Origin: Antechinus flavipes
Lineage: Eukaryota
NCBI RefSeq assembly: GCF_016432865.1
Contig: NC_067403.1
Span: 248,186,001 to 248,250,000 of the forward strand
Direction of reading: 5' to 3'
DNA length: 64,000 nt
This document shows positions 10,755 through 22,782 of this stretch, one piece after another. The notes under the pieces were generated by a model. That model saw only the letters and a list, made by a program, of their open reading frames with translations. It was not told the origin of the DNA and made no database searches. The translations under genes and the position numbers were made by a program. Position 1 is the stretch's first letter. The number at the start of each line of letters is the position of its first letter.

Positions 10755-12421
10755 TTTATTATTATTATTATTATTAAAGCTTTTTATTTACAAAACATGC
10801 ATGGGTAATTTTTTAACATTGACTCTTGCAAAACCTTTTGTTTCAAATTTTCCCCTTCTTCTCCTCATCGCCTCCTCTAGCTGTCAGGTAGTCTAATACA
10901 TGTTAAATATATTAAAATATATGTTAAATCCAATATATGTATGCATATTTATACAGTTATCTTGCTACATAAGAAAAATCAGATCAAGAAGGAAGAAAAA
11001 AACGGAGAAAGAAAACAAAATGCAAGCAAACAGCAACAGAGAGAGTGAAAATGCTATGTTATGATCCACACTCAGTCACAGTCCTCTCTCTGGGTGTAGA
11101 TGGCTCTCTTCATCATTGAAAAAGCAGCACAGGTTTGAATCATCTCACTATTGAAGAGAGCCACATACATCAGAATTGATTATCGTATAGTCTTGTTGTT
11201 GCCATATATAATGATTTCCTGGTTCTGCTCATTTCATATAACATCAGTTCATGCAAATCTCTCCAGGCCTCTGAAATTGTCCTGGTGGTTGTTTTATACA
11301 GAACAATAATATTCCATAACATTCATATACCATAACTTATTCAGCCATTCTGCAACTGATGGGCATCCACTCAGTTTCTAGTTTCATGCCACTACAAAAA
11401 GGGCTGCCAAAAACATGTTCTCACATATGAGTCCCTTTCCCTCCTTTAAGATCTCTTTGGGATATTATCCCAGTAGAAACATTGCTGGATCAAAAATTAT
11501 GAACAGTTTGATAACTTTTTGAGCATAGTTCAGAGTTGCTCTACAGAATGGTTGAATCCATTCACAGTTCCACCAACAATACATCAGCGTCCCAGTTTTC
11601 CCACATCCCCTCCTACATTCATCCTTCTCATTTCCTATCATCTTAGCCAATCTGAGAGGTGTATAAAGGTATCTCATAGTTGTCTTAATTTGCATTTCTC
11701 TGATCAATAGTGATTTGGAACATTTTTTAATATAAGTACAAATAATTTCAATTTTTTCATCTGAAAATTGTCTGTTCATTTTTTTTGACCCTTTATCAAT
11801 TAGAGAATGGCTTGAACTATTATAAATTTGAGTCAGTTCTCTATATATTTTAGAAATGAGGCCTTTATCAGAATCTTTGAATGTAAAAATGTTTTCCCAG
11901 TTTACTGCTTCCCTTCTAATCTTATCTGCATTAGTTTTGTTTGTACAAAGCTTTTAAGCTTAATATAATCAAAATTATACATTTTATGATCAATAATGAC
12001 CTCTAGTTCTTTTTTGGTTGCTGTGAAGACCAAGTTAGCACTCTGGATACTTTAGAATCATCACCCTGGGTAATTTAAAAATCAGCCGGACTCAGGATAA
12101 GCAAAAGCCCCTGGCCTTTATTCTTTATTGAAGTCAGAGGAATGGACACAGGAATCTCTACACCTCTCTTCTTTCTCTCTTGGCCAGGAGTCATCTGGCT
12201 TGTTTTACTCCACCCTCTAATCCCGGCTCCAAATCTCTCTATAGACCAACAGATCAAGCTAGCACAGAGTAATGGGCAGGGCCATTCTTTCTCCAAGCAT
12301 ATGCTAACAGAGTGTATTGTCCAATTGGTAATTAGCCTTAAGTCCTCCGTTGTCCAAGTACATCTGCTCAGATTCAGCCCTTTACAGGTTGCAAATTCTT
12401 TCCTCCTCCACAGATCTGAGA
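10755..12421 (-). mobile_element. Truncated L1 (ORF2 C-terminus + 3'UTR), interrupted by solo LTR-A
   Basis: ORF 11465-11779 (KKCSKSLLIREMQIKTTMRY...CRRGCGKTGTLMYCWW...FDPAMFLLG) is the L1 ORF2p C-terminal domain. (TTA)n tail at the left end. Confidence 0.92.
12022..12386 (-). mobile_element. Solo LTR-A with 6-bp TSD
   Basis: TGTGAAG...CTTTACA termini; GGTTGC on both sides (12016-12021, 12387-12392); minus-strand AATAAA at 12122-12117. Empty site GGTTAC in the other three units. Confidence 0.9.
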
Positions 12422-13948
12422 CTGTGCTTCCCCCATGTACTTCCCTCACTGCCCTTGCCCACCTCTCTTAGAGCATGGCTGCCTTGGGACCACTTTCCTG
12501 TCCTACCAGACTGCCAGTTCCCAGATTAGAGTTTCCCAGGGACCTTTGCATGGCAGGATCCAGCCATGCCCCTGTCTCACTGACCAAACTGTGGACCTAG
12601 GGAATGATTTGAAGATAGATCTGCTAATCTACTGGACCCTACTTGGGAATAGCATCTTTGTTTTTGACAAATACTAATTTACCAAGGAGGTACTGCCATA
12701 GCACTTAAGACTCCAATGACCCATAACATTTGAGACAATCAATTTGGATACTGTTCCCACAGGATCTACAAATTCCTGCATTGTTTATGCATATATGAAT
12801 TATACGTGAGAACTGCTATTCAAGGGCTAAGGATGATTTTGTCATGGTCTAGTCTAGTGGATTTCAAGAATATCGACTTTGCCTTGCCTAGCATTTTTAA
12901 CTCTCCTTCTCCAGGGGACCAATTCTGCTTATAAGAATCTCCCCTGCTCTGAAATTAATTTTCTCCTTTTACTATCCTATCTCCAATTTGCTTTGTTTGG
13001 CTCCAGCCATTCACAAGTTAAAGCATTAAAGCCTGGTTCTGTTCTCAATAGCTGCTCGACACAATCTATATCTAAGTACGTCTGCCCATACTTTTTAGAG
13101 CATATCCATGGCTCTTCTCCCTACATGGCTTTTCTACTTTAATCTATAGTGGTTCCAACCTATATTCCTCATATTTGCCAACCAATAGTAAATCCATCAT
13201 TTCAGATTTCACAAAACTGTTCAGTCTAGTCCCTAGAGCTCTTCAAGTTTCAATGTGGATGAGAGGATAATTACAATGATAGAAATCAAGGAGGAATAGT
13301 CTTTTCTCTTCTTCCAAATCAAGGAGATCATTTTAAACCAACATCTCCCTTGGTGGTGGAGACACCTATGTCCCCTTATACCTTTACTGATTCCATTTTT
13401 GGGAGTTATTGCCAGCATTATTGCTTCTGCTTCTGGGCACCATAGGTGGGCCATCTCCTTTTTACATCTAGGACCCCTGTAAATCCCTAAGAAGTGCTTT
13501 GGTACAGCCTGCCTCAAAAAAATGAACTTACTGAGCACCTAGGAACTCTAGACTCCAATATGGACAGCCTATAGATTATGCTAATCACTCATGACTTCAA
13601 TTGAGATGCAAGAATCCTATTAGACTTCTTTAGGTCCTCAGTTAGCTCACTGATATTAGCCTTTTTCACCTGGATAGCAACCTGGCCAGTATCCAGTGCT
13701 TCCTCTCCACCAAAACCTCTGGAACTTGAGACAGATGTTGCAGACTCTTAGAATCAACTCCTACACTCTTATCAAGTTCTTGATCATGGTAGATTCCAGC
13801 ACTTTGGCTACCATGGGCATTGACCTCTTTTTGAAAAAGGGCCTTTGTTTTTTAGAGGGGAATGACTCCAGTGGTGACATCATCACTCTGCAATCTGGCT
13901 CTGAGCCCAGCAAGGTCAAGAATCCTGCCATTTTCTAAGAACCACTCC

Positions 13949-14294
13949 TGTGAAGACTGAGTTAGTACTCTGGATACCTTAGAATCAGCCAGAGTCAGGA
14001 TACACAAAAGTCCCTGGTCTTTATTCTTGTTCTTTAGGGTAGAAGTGAATTGGATGGACGCAGTATCTCCATGGCCTCTCCTCTTCATCTCCTGCCCCAA
14101 AGTGACTCTGGCTAGTCTTACTACACCCCCTAGTCCCTCCTACAATTCTCTGTATATACCAATTATCAAGCCAGAATAGTGGAAGGGCCATTTTTCAAAC
14201 ATATGCTTAGAGAGTACTGTCCAATCGATAATTAGCCTTAAATGCTTGGTTGTCTGGCCTCAGTGCATCAACTCAAGAATTTCAGTCCTTTACA
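13949..14294 (-). mobile_element. Solo LTR-B in the HSF1 pseudogene 3'UTR
   Basis: TGTGAAG...CTTTACA termini; TSD CACTCC/CTCTCC; minus-strand AATAAA at 14025-14020. Empty site AAGAAC-CTCTCC-CTCTGG at ~49001-49018. Confidence 0.9.
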
Positions 14295-14788
14295 CTCTCC
14301 CTCTGGGAAGAGGGGTGGAATGATCCAATCATCAGGCTTCCTTAGCAGCCTTCCTCAAAATAGAGGAGAGGTACTGACCCTTTGTGTTTATGCTCAGAGA
14401 AATTTCCAGAAATCTCATTTGGAATAGTCTTGTGGAGGACAAGGGGCAAAAGTTGAGACCCAGGGTATAATGACGCAGCCACCCACTTGAGCAAGGACAG
14501 AAGGTGCCCAAGGAAATTTTCTGGACAGAGCTTAGTATATGCAAGAGCCCCAGGTGAGCAGAGGCCAACAGCATAAAAGAACCCATTCAACATCCGACAT
14601 GCCATGAGATGGGACCCTGACTGCCACCATTCCCATTTTTCTGTATCTCCACAAGGCAGCAACTTAAGCTTGCACCACCATCCATATGTTTTCCTTTTGT
14701 TTGGTTTTGATCCCTCTGATTATTAATAGAATTACATGTTGGATTTTTTACATGAAAGAAGTTTCTTTTCATTCCCCAATGCATGCAT

Positions 14789-14811
14789 ACACACACACAC
14801 ACACACACACA
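14789..14811. repeat. (CA)n microsatellite
   Basis: Pure CA run. Length differs among copies (e.g. ~49518-49547). Confidence 0.9.
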
Positions 14812-15039
14812 TAAACACTACATAAATATATGGTATTATATATTTGTTATATTCACACATACATAGACACACCTGTCTACACATATACATATGTATATAC
14901 AGTCAGATATATGAAAAGATCAAATAAAAAAGAAAATATAAAAGTAAAAGTTTAGATTCTACTTCTCCGTGCACTAAAAAAAAAATTCATTTTCATGTCT
15001 GGACCCCAAAGTATGGAAGATACTTATTGAATTTTCTCT

Positions 15040-15996
15040 CTAAGAAGAAAGATGATCTAATTGAAGTTGCTGTCCTCGCACAGCTTTTCTGAAAGCATTT
15101 TTAACATCTTTATTCCTAAGACTGTAAACTAGAGGGTTCAACATAGGGATGACCATGGTGTAGAAAATTGACACTATTTTGTCTGAGTCCATTGAATGGT
15201 TTGAACTAGGCTGGAAATACATGAAAATGACTGTCCCATAAAACATGCTCACTGCTGTGAGATGGGAAGGACAGGTGGAGAAGGCTTTCTGGCGGCCTTC
15301 TGCAGAACGGATCTTCAAGATGGTGATGAAGATTAGCAAATAAGAAGTAAAGATGACAAGAAATGGGAAAAAAGCATTGAATGACCCCAAAATAAAGATT
15401 ATCAACTCCGTGATGTGAATATCAGAGCAAGACAGAAGTAGGAGAGGGGGAATATCACAGAAAAAATGAGGCACTATGTTTGACCTACAAAAGGAAAGGC
15501 TAAATATTTTTCCTGTGACTACAGAGGAGGTCAGAAAGCCACAGATGTGAGCACCAGAGACCAGAGATGCACATACAGTTGATGTCATGGTAGTGGTGTA
15601 ATGTAGGGGCTTACACACAGCTGCATGGCGATCATAGGCCATGGTGGCTAGGAGGAAACTTTCAATAACAACAAAGGCTGAAAAAAAGAACAATTGTGCT
15701 GCACATTCATTATAGGAAATAATTTTGTTCCCTGTGAGGAGCCCAACCATTACCTTGGGAGTAATAGTTGAAGAATAGCCAAAATCTACCAGAGAGAGGT
15801 TACTGAGAAAAAAATACATGGGGCTGTGGAGATGGGAATCCCAGGAGATCAGAGCTACCATCCCCAGGTTCCCCACCAGAGTGGTGAGGTAGATGAAGGT
15901 GAACATTATGAAGAGAGGAACCTGAAGCTCTGGGTCATCTGTTATTCCTTTAAGGATGAACTCATTCACTTCAGATCTGTTCTCCATAAATTCCAT
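15040..15996 (-). CDS. OR5B-like: Olfactory receptor OR-2 (OR5B-like), intact 318 aa
   Basis: [55 protein letters not shown] motifs; N-glycosylation site NRS. Confidence 0.96.
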   Translation of the reverse strand: MEFMENRSEVNEFILKGITDDPELQVPLFIMFTFIYLTTLVGNLGMVALISWDSHLHSPMYFFLSNLSLVDFGYSSTITPKVMVGLLTGNKIISYNECAAQLFFFSAFVVIESFLLATMAYDRHAAVCKPLHYTTTMTSTVCASLVSGAHICGFLTSSVVTGKIFSLSFCRSNIVPHFFCDIPPLLLLSCSDIHITELIIFILGSFNAFFPFLVIFTSYLLIFITILKIRSAEGRQKAFSTCPSHLTAVSMFYGTVIFMYFQPSSNHSMDSDKIVSIFYTMVIPMLNPLVYSLRNKDVKNAFRKAVRGQQLQLDHLSS

Positions 15997-17087
15997 TTTA
16001 AGAATTCAACCTGCAACAAAAGAATAACTTAGAAAAATCCACTTCATGACATCAAAATGTTTAGAGACATACTTTATGTGAGGATTAGAAACAAATGTTT
16101 AAGTGAATAATAACATCTGGATACTTGTTACAACAATTATTCTGGATTCCCAAAATTTACTCATTCATTTTCTAATAAACAGTTCTTCTGCATTACCTCT
16201 TGCTTTTTAAAATCTACCACAAATTTAACCATCCTCAAAATGGCTTTTCCCACTTCTGGCGATGGGAATACCTTAGTCTGTGGCAAAAATTAACACTAGA
16301 AGAGGGATTGCTGTAGGTCAGGATTGAAGAGCTAAATCTCTTCATATGAATATGCTTCACTTCCTTGAAGAAGGGAGGAAATAGAAATTAAAGAGAAGAG
16401 GAACAGAACCAAATAAGAGAAAAGTCAACTGAGAGCTTGGAGAAGAGGATCAAGGAATGTTGGCCAAGAGTTTATTGGAATCCTGTTTAGTCCTGGATTC
16501 ATCATAGCTATAAGGTTTATGTAGTTGAGTAAAGTCACCAGTCCTTGAGTGGGAACAGTTGTCAATGGAAACCAAGGATATAGTTGTAGAAATCATCTTT
16601 CCAAAAGATAGATCGTTTAACAATATATGAGTTCTAGTTTTGTCTTACCTATACAACCTGTTCCTATTTTAGTTCAGAAGGCAGCCACAAACAGTAATAC
16701 ATTGTTATTTCATTCACCATATATTTTTTGGGAGGTCTCAGAATAATCTCTAATTTTGGATTTTGCATCCTTCAAGTCTGAGATGAAATTTCACCTGTAG
16801 AATCCTTTCTTAAACCATTGATCTGAATATAACTGACTTCCTTCTTTTGATTATCTCTAATTTATCCTGGATATAGCTTGTTTGTAAGCTGACATATGCA
16901 TATTATTTGCATAGAGATTATGGGACTCCTTGATAGCAGGGACTGTTTTACTTTTCTTTGTATTCTCAATGATTAGTATGGTGCTGCACATATACTAGGC
17001 CCTTAATAAATGTTTATTGACTCACTACTTAATCAGTGATAATCTTCAATGTCTGGACTAAAGTAAATTCCCCTGCTATCTGTTACA

Positions 17088-17223
17088 NNNNNNNNNNNNN
17101 NNNNNNNNNNNNNNNNNNNNNNNNNNNNNNNNNNNNNNNNNNNNNNNNNNNNNNNNNNNNNNNNNNNNNNNNNNNNNNNNNNNNNNNNNNNNNNNNNNNN
17201 NNNNNNNNNNNNNNNNNNNNNNN
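17088..17223. other. Assembly gap (136 N)
   Basis: Run of N. The paralogous position (28742-28861) is a ~120-bp TA/TG low-complexity tract. Confidence 0.99.
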
Positions 17224-20200
17224 GTCAGTAAAGTTCCTCAGAAGTCATCTACTTCAACTCACATCTGACTAGGAGTCACCTCTATCAAAGCCCACTACAA
17301 GTCATAGATAGCTATAGAGACAGATGTTAATATCTAAATATCTAGATACCTATATTTATCTATCTATCTAGTAGTATATTGGAGTTTCCAAGGAATTACA
17401 CCATAGTCAAGATGAATTAAATTCTCTTATACTAAAAACAAATTTGGCTGCCAAGGTACCATTGAGATGTGAGAGAGAGGATTGGGATGTGGTTCTGCCC
17501 AGGTTTTTCCTTTATTTGAATGAAATGGGATAAAATACAGCAGGCTATTATGATATTTTTAAACTGAGAAAATATACTGATATAAAGAATCCATGAAGAA
17601 TATAGAAAAACATGGTAGAAGACATTTATAGTATTTTCACTATATTACTGATGAAAATCTTCAATTATCAGGCCCAGAATGTTTTCTATTATTCTGAATT
17701 TTTTTATTCTGTCTCTTTGCCTCTCAATGCTATCCTTTATCTCTGTTTCTCTGTCTCTTATCTCTGAATATTTGTCTGTCTCCCTCTCTCTAATTTTCCA
17801 TTTTATTTTGTCTGCCTGCTTCTCCCTATGTGTCTCTTTCTATTTGTATGTATATCTATTTATCTATCTTTCTATGTACCCAACTAACTACATATATGAG
17901 TTCTAATGTTGCTTGGATTTTCGTGTATTTCTTCTGTGATTCCATGGAAAGTAATTGGTCCTTCTGCTCCTTTGATTCCTCATTCAAAAAACTGGAATAA
18001 TATTTCTTTGGATATTGGGGGGGCGGGGTGTCATACAGTGGTTGGGAGGAAAGTGTTTTTCAAGAATCAAATGCAATAGATTTGAAAGTTCCCAAAATCA
18101 AGTTATTGAGCTCATGTGTGACAATGGATAAGTATGGGCTCTGAAAAACAGAAATACATGGAGAAAAGAGCATGGAGATATTCATATATTACACAGTACT
18201 AGTATAGCAATGTACTGTATAGAGGGTTGATCTTTGACTCAAGAATATGTAGATTTAAATAGAACTTCAGACTCTTTTAATTATATATGTCTGGACAAAT
18301 CAGTTAAGTCAATGATTCCTCAGATTGCTCATCTGCAAAAAAGGAAAAATATTAAAATGGCATTTATCTTAAATAGTGGTTGGGAGATTCAAATGAGAAA
18401 AATTGGTTATTTGATTGAATGATTTCTGAAGTTCTTTCCATTTCTGAATCAATGATCCCATCACACTTTTAATCTATATTTTTTTAAATATCCATTATTT
18501 TTCATAATACTATATTGAAAGAACTTTTTTTCCTAATGTGGTTAAGTGAAACTTATAGGTAAGGATAAACTAAATGAATAAAAGTTTATCTCTATTAGAG
18601 GACTTTTTCAGAGGAGTTTTTGCAAGTATCTTCAAAGAAGTATTTTCTACTTATATACTAGAAACTATTTAAAATGGAAAAATAACTCAGAATCAGAGTT
18701 TTGAATAATGTTTGTCTCATGTGGCAGTGTGCCATTTTTGTAATTTACACTATTTAATCAAATATAGCTAGATTTATAGATACATATATACATAAATACA
18801 TACATACAGTCTGTGATAATCCTTTTCACTGTTATACTTAAGGTTCTGTTTGGAGTTCCCATTTTTAGAGAGAGTCCTTCTTGGATGGCAAAACTGAGGA
18901 GGTGATTTGTTTCCTACCCAGAAATAACCAGGTGCTGGTCAATAGCACTCTCTTGGAAAGGTTTTTGATTAGGAGGTTGAAAACTTGGGGTTTAATTTTA
19001 CTTGGATATTCACTTATTTTTTCTGTGATTCCTTGGAGATTAGTGATTCCTAGTGGAAGGAAGAGATCCTTCCACACCTCTGCCTGCTCACTGGAAATAT
19101 TGCAAAATATTTCTTTTTCTATGTGGGTCACACAGTGATTGGAAGGAAAATATTTGTAAAGAATAAAATGCTATAGCGTTAAGTTACCAAGATCAAATGA
19201 TTGGGTTTGTATTTGAGAATGAAGGAGGAGATGCTCTGAGAAACACAAATACATAGAGAAAAAGGGATAGAAGTGCTTCTCTGCTACCAAAAACTAGTAT
19301 GACAATGTGGTGTAGTAGAGAGAGCTTTGATTTTTGAGTCAAGAAGATGTGAATTTAAATCCCATTTCAAGCCCTTATGGTTTATGTCTAGACAAATCAC
19401 TCAAGTCAGCTAGCTTCAGGTTATTTACTTGTGAAAGGAGGAAGAATCTCAGAGTAATGGTATTTATCTCAAATAGTTGGGAGATTACAATGAGAATATT
19501 GAAGAGCTTTCTAATATCATATAAATGTGAGCTATTGTTATTCAGGTAAGAAACTCTATCTGTCCTAATTTTTTTTTATTAAATCTTCCCCTAAGACTTT
19601 TAATGCAATGCCTTACACACAATATAGGATAAATAGTATTAAATTATATACTTATTGGTCTACAGTCACCTATTCTTAAAATGGTTCCTTTGATGACTAA
19701 AGGATGAAGAGTTTGAAAAGCTAAAATAAGTAGCAAATAAATGTCTGAGCCCAATTTTCATACATGATCCCATTTGAGTCCTTAGACAAACCTATGAAAT
19801 AAGTATTAAAAGTGTACTACAAGTACAAGTGTACTAACTATGAACACTTCTTAGATAAGGAAAAAGAATTCAATAGACTTACCCCTGGAAAAAATGAGCC
19901 AATACTTTGAGATAGAAGCAATTTTTATACAGGTCTTCCTGCCTCCATGTCCAGCAGTGTTTCTACTATTCCATTTGTATGTACATAAGCATGGTAACCT
20001 TGAATTTGGATATCCTATAATCTGGTTGGTCTAATGTAGCGAATATTGGCCAAAACTCCAAAAAGGAGAGAGGCAAGATTTTTGTATTTATTTTGACCTT
20101 GAAGTTCCAAGTCTAGCAAACATATGATCATATTGGAAAACACTCTTTGCTAGACACTGGGGAGGAGGTCAAGGTATCTAGTGGTATAGTAGCTAGTCAC

Positions 20201-20327
20201 TTCTGGTCATTGCTATGGTATGGATGACAGAAGAGTTAGTGATCTCCATTCCTATCCTACATTCAGTTCAGCCTCAGGAAACAAAAAATAAACTGGATGA
20301 ACGAGTGAATGACTCAGAAAATTCTTA

Positions 20328-20495
20328 ACTCACCAGCTTTAACTTCAGAACTAAGCCCTTTCATAGAATGGTTTAATGTCAGTGTCCAGGGACTTTATGC
20401 AGCCCTGGCAGCCCTGAGGCTCTTGGGAGATAGTGCTCCCTTGGAGGTTCTGGTAGCTCTGCTGCCAACTCCTGAACAAAACAAACAATTAAATT
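20328..20495 (-). promoter_or_regulatory. Candidate OR-2 promoter and exon 1
   Basis: TAATTG (20491-20486), two O/E-like sites, donor CTG|GTGAGT (GT 20333-20332). Confidence 0.45.
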
Positions 20496-21140
20496 CTGTT
20501 CTGACCATGAGAAAAGAACAATTTTCTCATGGATATTTTGTGATTCTTTCCTTGTTTTTAGCAAAGTGAGATAGAATGGGACCTGGGAAAGGCTTCTAGT
20601 CCTGCTTCTTCCATCTCCTAACTGGGTGACATTGACCTAGTCATTGAACAACATTAAATCTCAATTTATTCTTCTTTGAAATGGGTATAATTGTGCAGCC
20701 TGGTTGTGCAGTGGGCAAGATACTGGTCCTTGAATCAGGAACACCTGAGTATATGACTTTAGATACTTGATTTCAACTTGCTGTGTGACTCTGGGCAAGT
20801 CACTTTACCTTGTTTACCTCAAAAGAACAACAAAATAACAGCAACAAGAAAACAAAAATTTGTATTAGTCACAGTCCTGAATTCAAATCTGTCCACAGAC
20901 ACTAGCTCCAAATTATTGAACCTCTGTTTGCTTTAGTTTTACCTCAATTCTACAATGAGGATAATAATAATACCTGCTCCCAGGTTGATTGTGCAGATCA
21001 AAAGTGATGGGACTTATGAAGCATTTAGTTCTCTATTTGGTATGTGAGGATGCTATATAACTACTAACTACCATTACCATCATTATCATCATCATCACCA
21101 TCCTAATACTCATACACTGGCTATATCCCCACAGAAGCTC

Positions 21141-22782
21141 TTTCTGGTGGGTCATGAAACCTGTCTCCAGAATCAGTGTGTTCTCATCAAAAAACCAAAA
21201 AAAAATAGTATAAAGAGGTAAATTTAGAAGTTCTCTAGGGTTATCTGTGGCTTCCCCTTTCTTTTGTTTCTCCTTTCTATTATTTATGTCTGCCTTGGGA
21301 CTGAAGAATATGCCAGTGCTGTGTGAAATCTGATACTGTACAAAAAAATGTGAGAAATGTTTGGAAGTACATGCAGGTGCATTACCTGTTTTTATTACTT
21401 GTGGCATGTCCATAGCTGCAAAGGCCTGTGTAAGGAATTCAGTGATCACCCAGGCCATCTCTTTTGCTGCTGGTACTGCATAAGTAAATCCTGAGAAGGT
21501 GTCCATGGCAACATGGATAAAAGACAGATGACCAAAAGATTTAAATTGGGTCACATCTATTTGCTAGATTTTATTGGGCTTCAAATCATGAGGGTTCTTC
21601 CCTGGAGGCAGTGTAGGAGTATGGAAAGGGAAGTAAGCTATACAGGTTTTTACTATGCTTCTAGCTTCCTCTTTTGTTATTCCAAACTGCAGATGTAAGG
21701 CTCAAGCTGCCTGATGATATTTAGAGTGAGATTCTTGCACTGCCTGAAATAGAGGAGCGTTGGATAACATTATGAAGAGGTGATTTACCTTTGTTTCCAT
21801 AACAACAATTGGTCCTGGAAGAACAGTATGAGAGGGGACATGCAAGAGGGAATACTTAGTTGGGCGGTTTTGCATCTGCGTCTGAAGTTCCTTAAAAAGC
21901 TGAAATATGTTAGAGGCTACAAATTTATTGGACTGTGGCAATTCTTTATAACACATCTACTGAATAAGTTGATTCAGATATTATATTTATATTTCCTGGG
22001 AAATAAGTAAGAGCTAGCATAACTGCATACAACTCATTCTGTTGAGTGAACTGACTGCTCTTTTTATAAATAAGTTAGGAGAATATGCAGTGCAAATGTT
22101 ATGTTTGGACACATCTGTAAAGATGGTCAGCCCTTTAAGAGGGATCTTAGAAAACTTTTCTTCAAAATCCCATGGCCAATGATGTAATAGCTAGGCTATC
22201 TTTAAGGGAGACTTCTGTGTTAAATTAGAAGCTGTGGCCAATAAAATTTGCCACTATGGGATAGTTTCACAGCATACATTAGAGAACAAGCCTTTTTCAC
22301 AACTTTGATAACTTCCAGATTAAAAGGAGTGTGTCTTCTCGTGATTTGACCTGGACACCCATTAGATTCAGGTTCTTCAATCACATCAACCTAAATATAT
22401 CCCATCCCTCCTCCCTTGCTTTAACTAATGCCATTATAAATGGCATTAATCAGGAGAAAAGAGGGGGGCAAAACTGTGTTGTTGGTGCCTATGGTGTCAT
22501 TGCTCCTCCAGCTCCTATTTTTGGTCCCCTAAAGATGGAATGGAGAGAGAAGGATCAGGAAGCATAGGATACCCCAGGGGTGCCTGTGTGGGCATTGATG
22601 AAGGGGAGTTGAGAAACTGAAAAACATCACGCCCCTCAAACTTCCCAGTTTAATGCCTATTTTCATCCCTTCCCCATGCATACCTTCTGGGGCTGTGGGT
22701 ACTATTCCCATATTTGTTCTCTTCATACTTCCTTGTTTGATATCCCATGCTAAAATCATTCTTTTCCTTATATGTGGGATTT
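21141..22782 (-). mobile_element. ERV relic copy 2 (integrase C-term, env and LTR absent)
   Basis: ORF 21033-21554 (HVAMDTFSGFTYA...VIKTGNAPA) and ORF 21702-21956 (RNaseH/HHCC). Confidence 0.85.

Larger units (their letters stand above)
12422..14945 (+). pseudogene. HSF1: Processed HSF1 pseudogene, copy 1 (most of DBD and HR-A/B deleted)
   Basis: Plus-strand peptides: MAGSSHAPVSLTKLWT..DLKIDLLIYWTLLGNSIFVFDKY*FTKEVLP; SISKYVCPYFLEHIHGSSPY; YSGSNLYS..TNSKSIISDFTKL; LEGNDSSGDIITLQSGSEPSKVKNPAIF* (stop 13936-13938). Colinear with vertebrate HSF1. A-rich tail, then TSD at 14946-14964. Confidence 0.9.

Noticed and set aside
12022-14294. LTR - HSF1 - LTR as a provirus that captured HSF1
   Set aside because: Each LTR has its own 6-bp TSD and its own empty site in other units. 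HSF1 sequence continues beyond the right LTR and has its own TSD.
12430-14650. Minus-strand ERVL/MaLR gag-like relic (ORFs 13233-13538, 13852-14100, 14342-14662 and paralogs)
   Set aside because: Only vague resemblance. The plus strand aligns colinearly with HSF1 from start to stop, so these are antisense shadows.
17036-17272. 78-aa ORF
   Set aside because: Spans the N gap; artefact.
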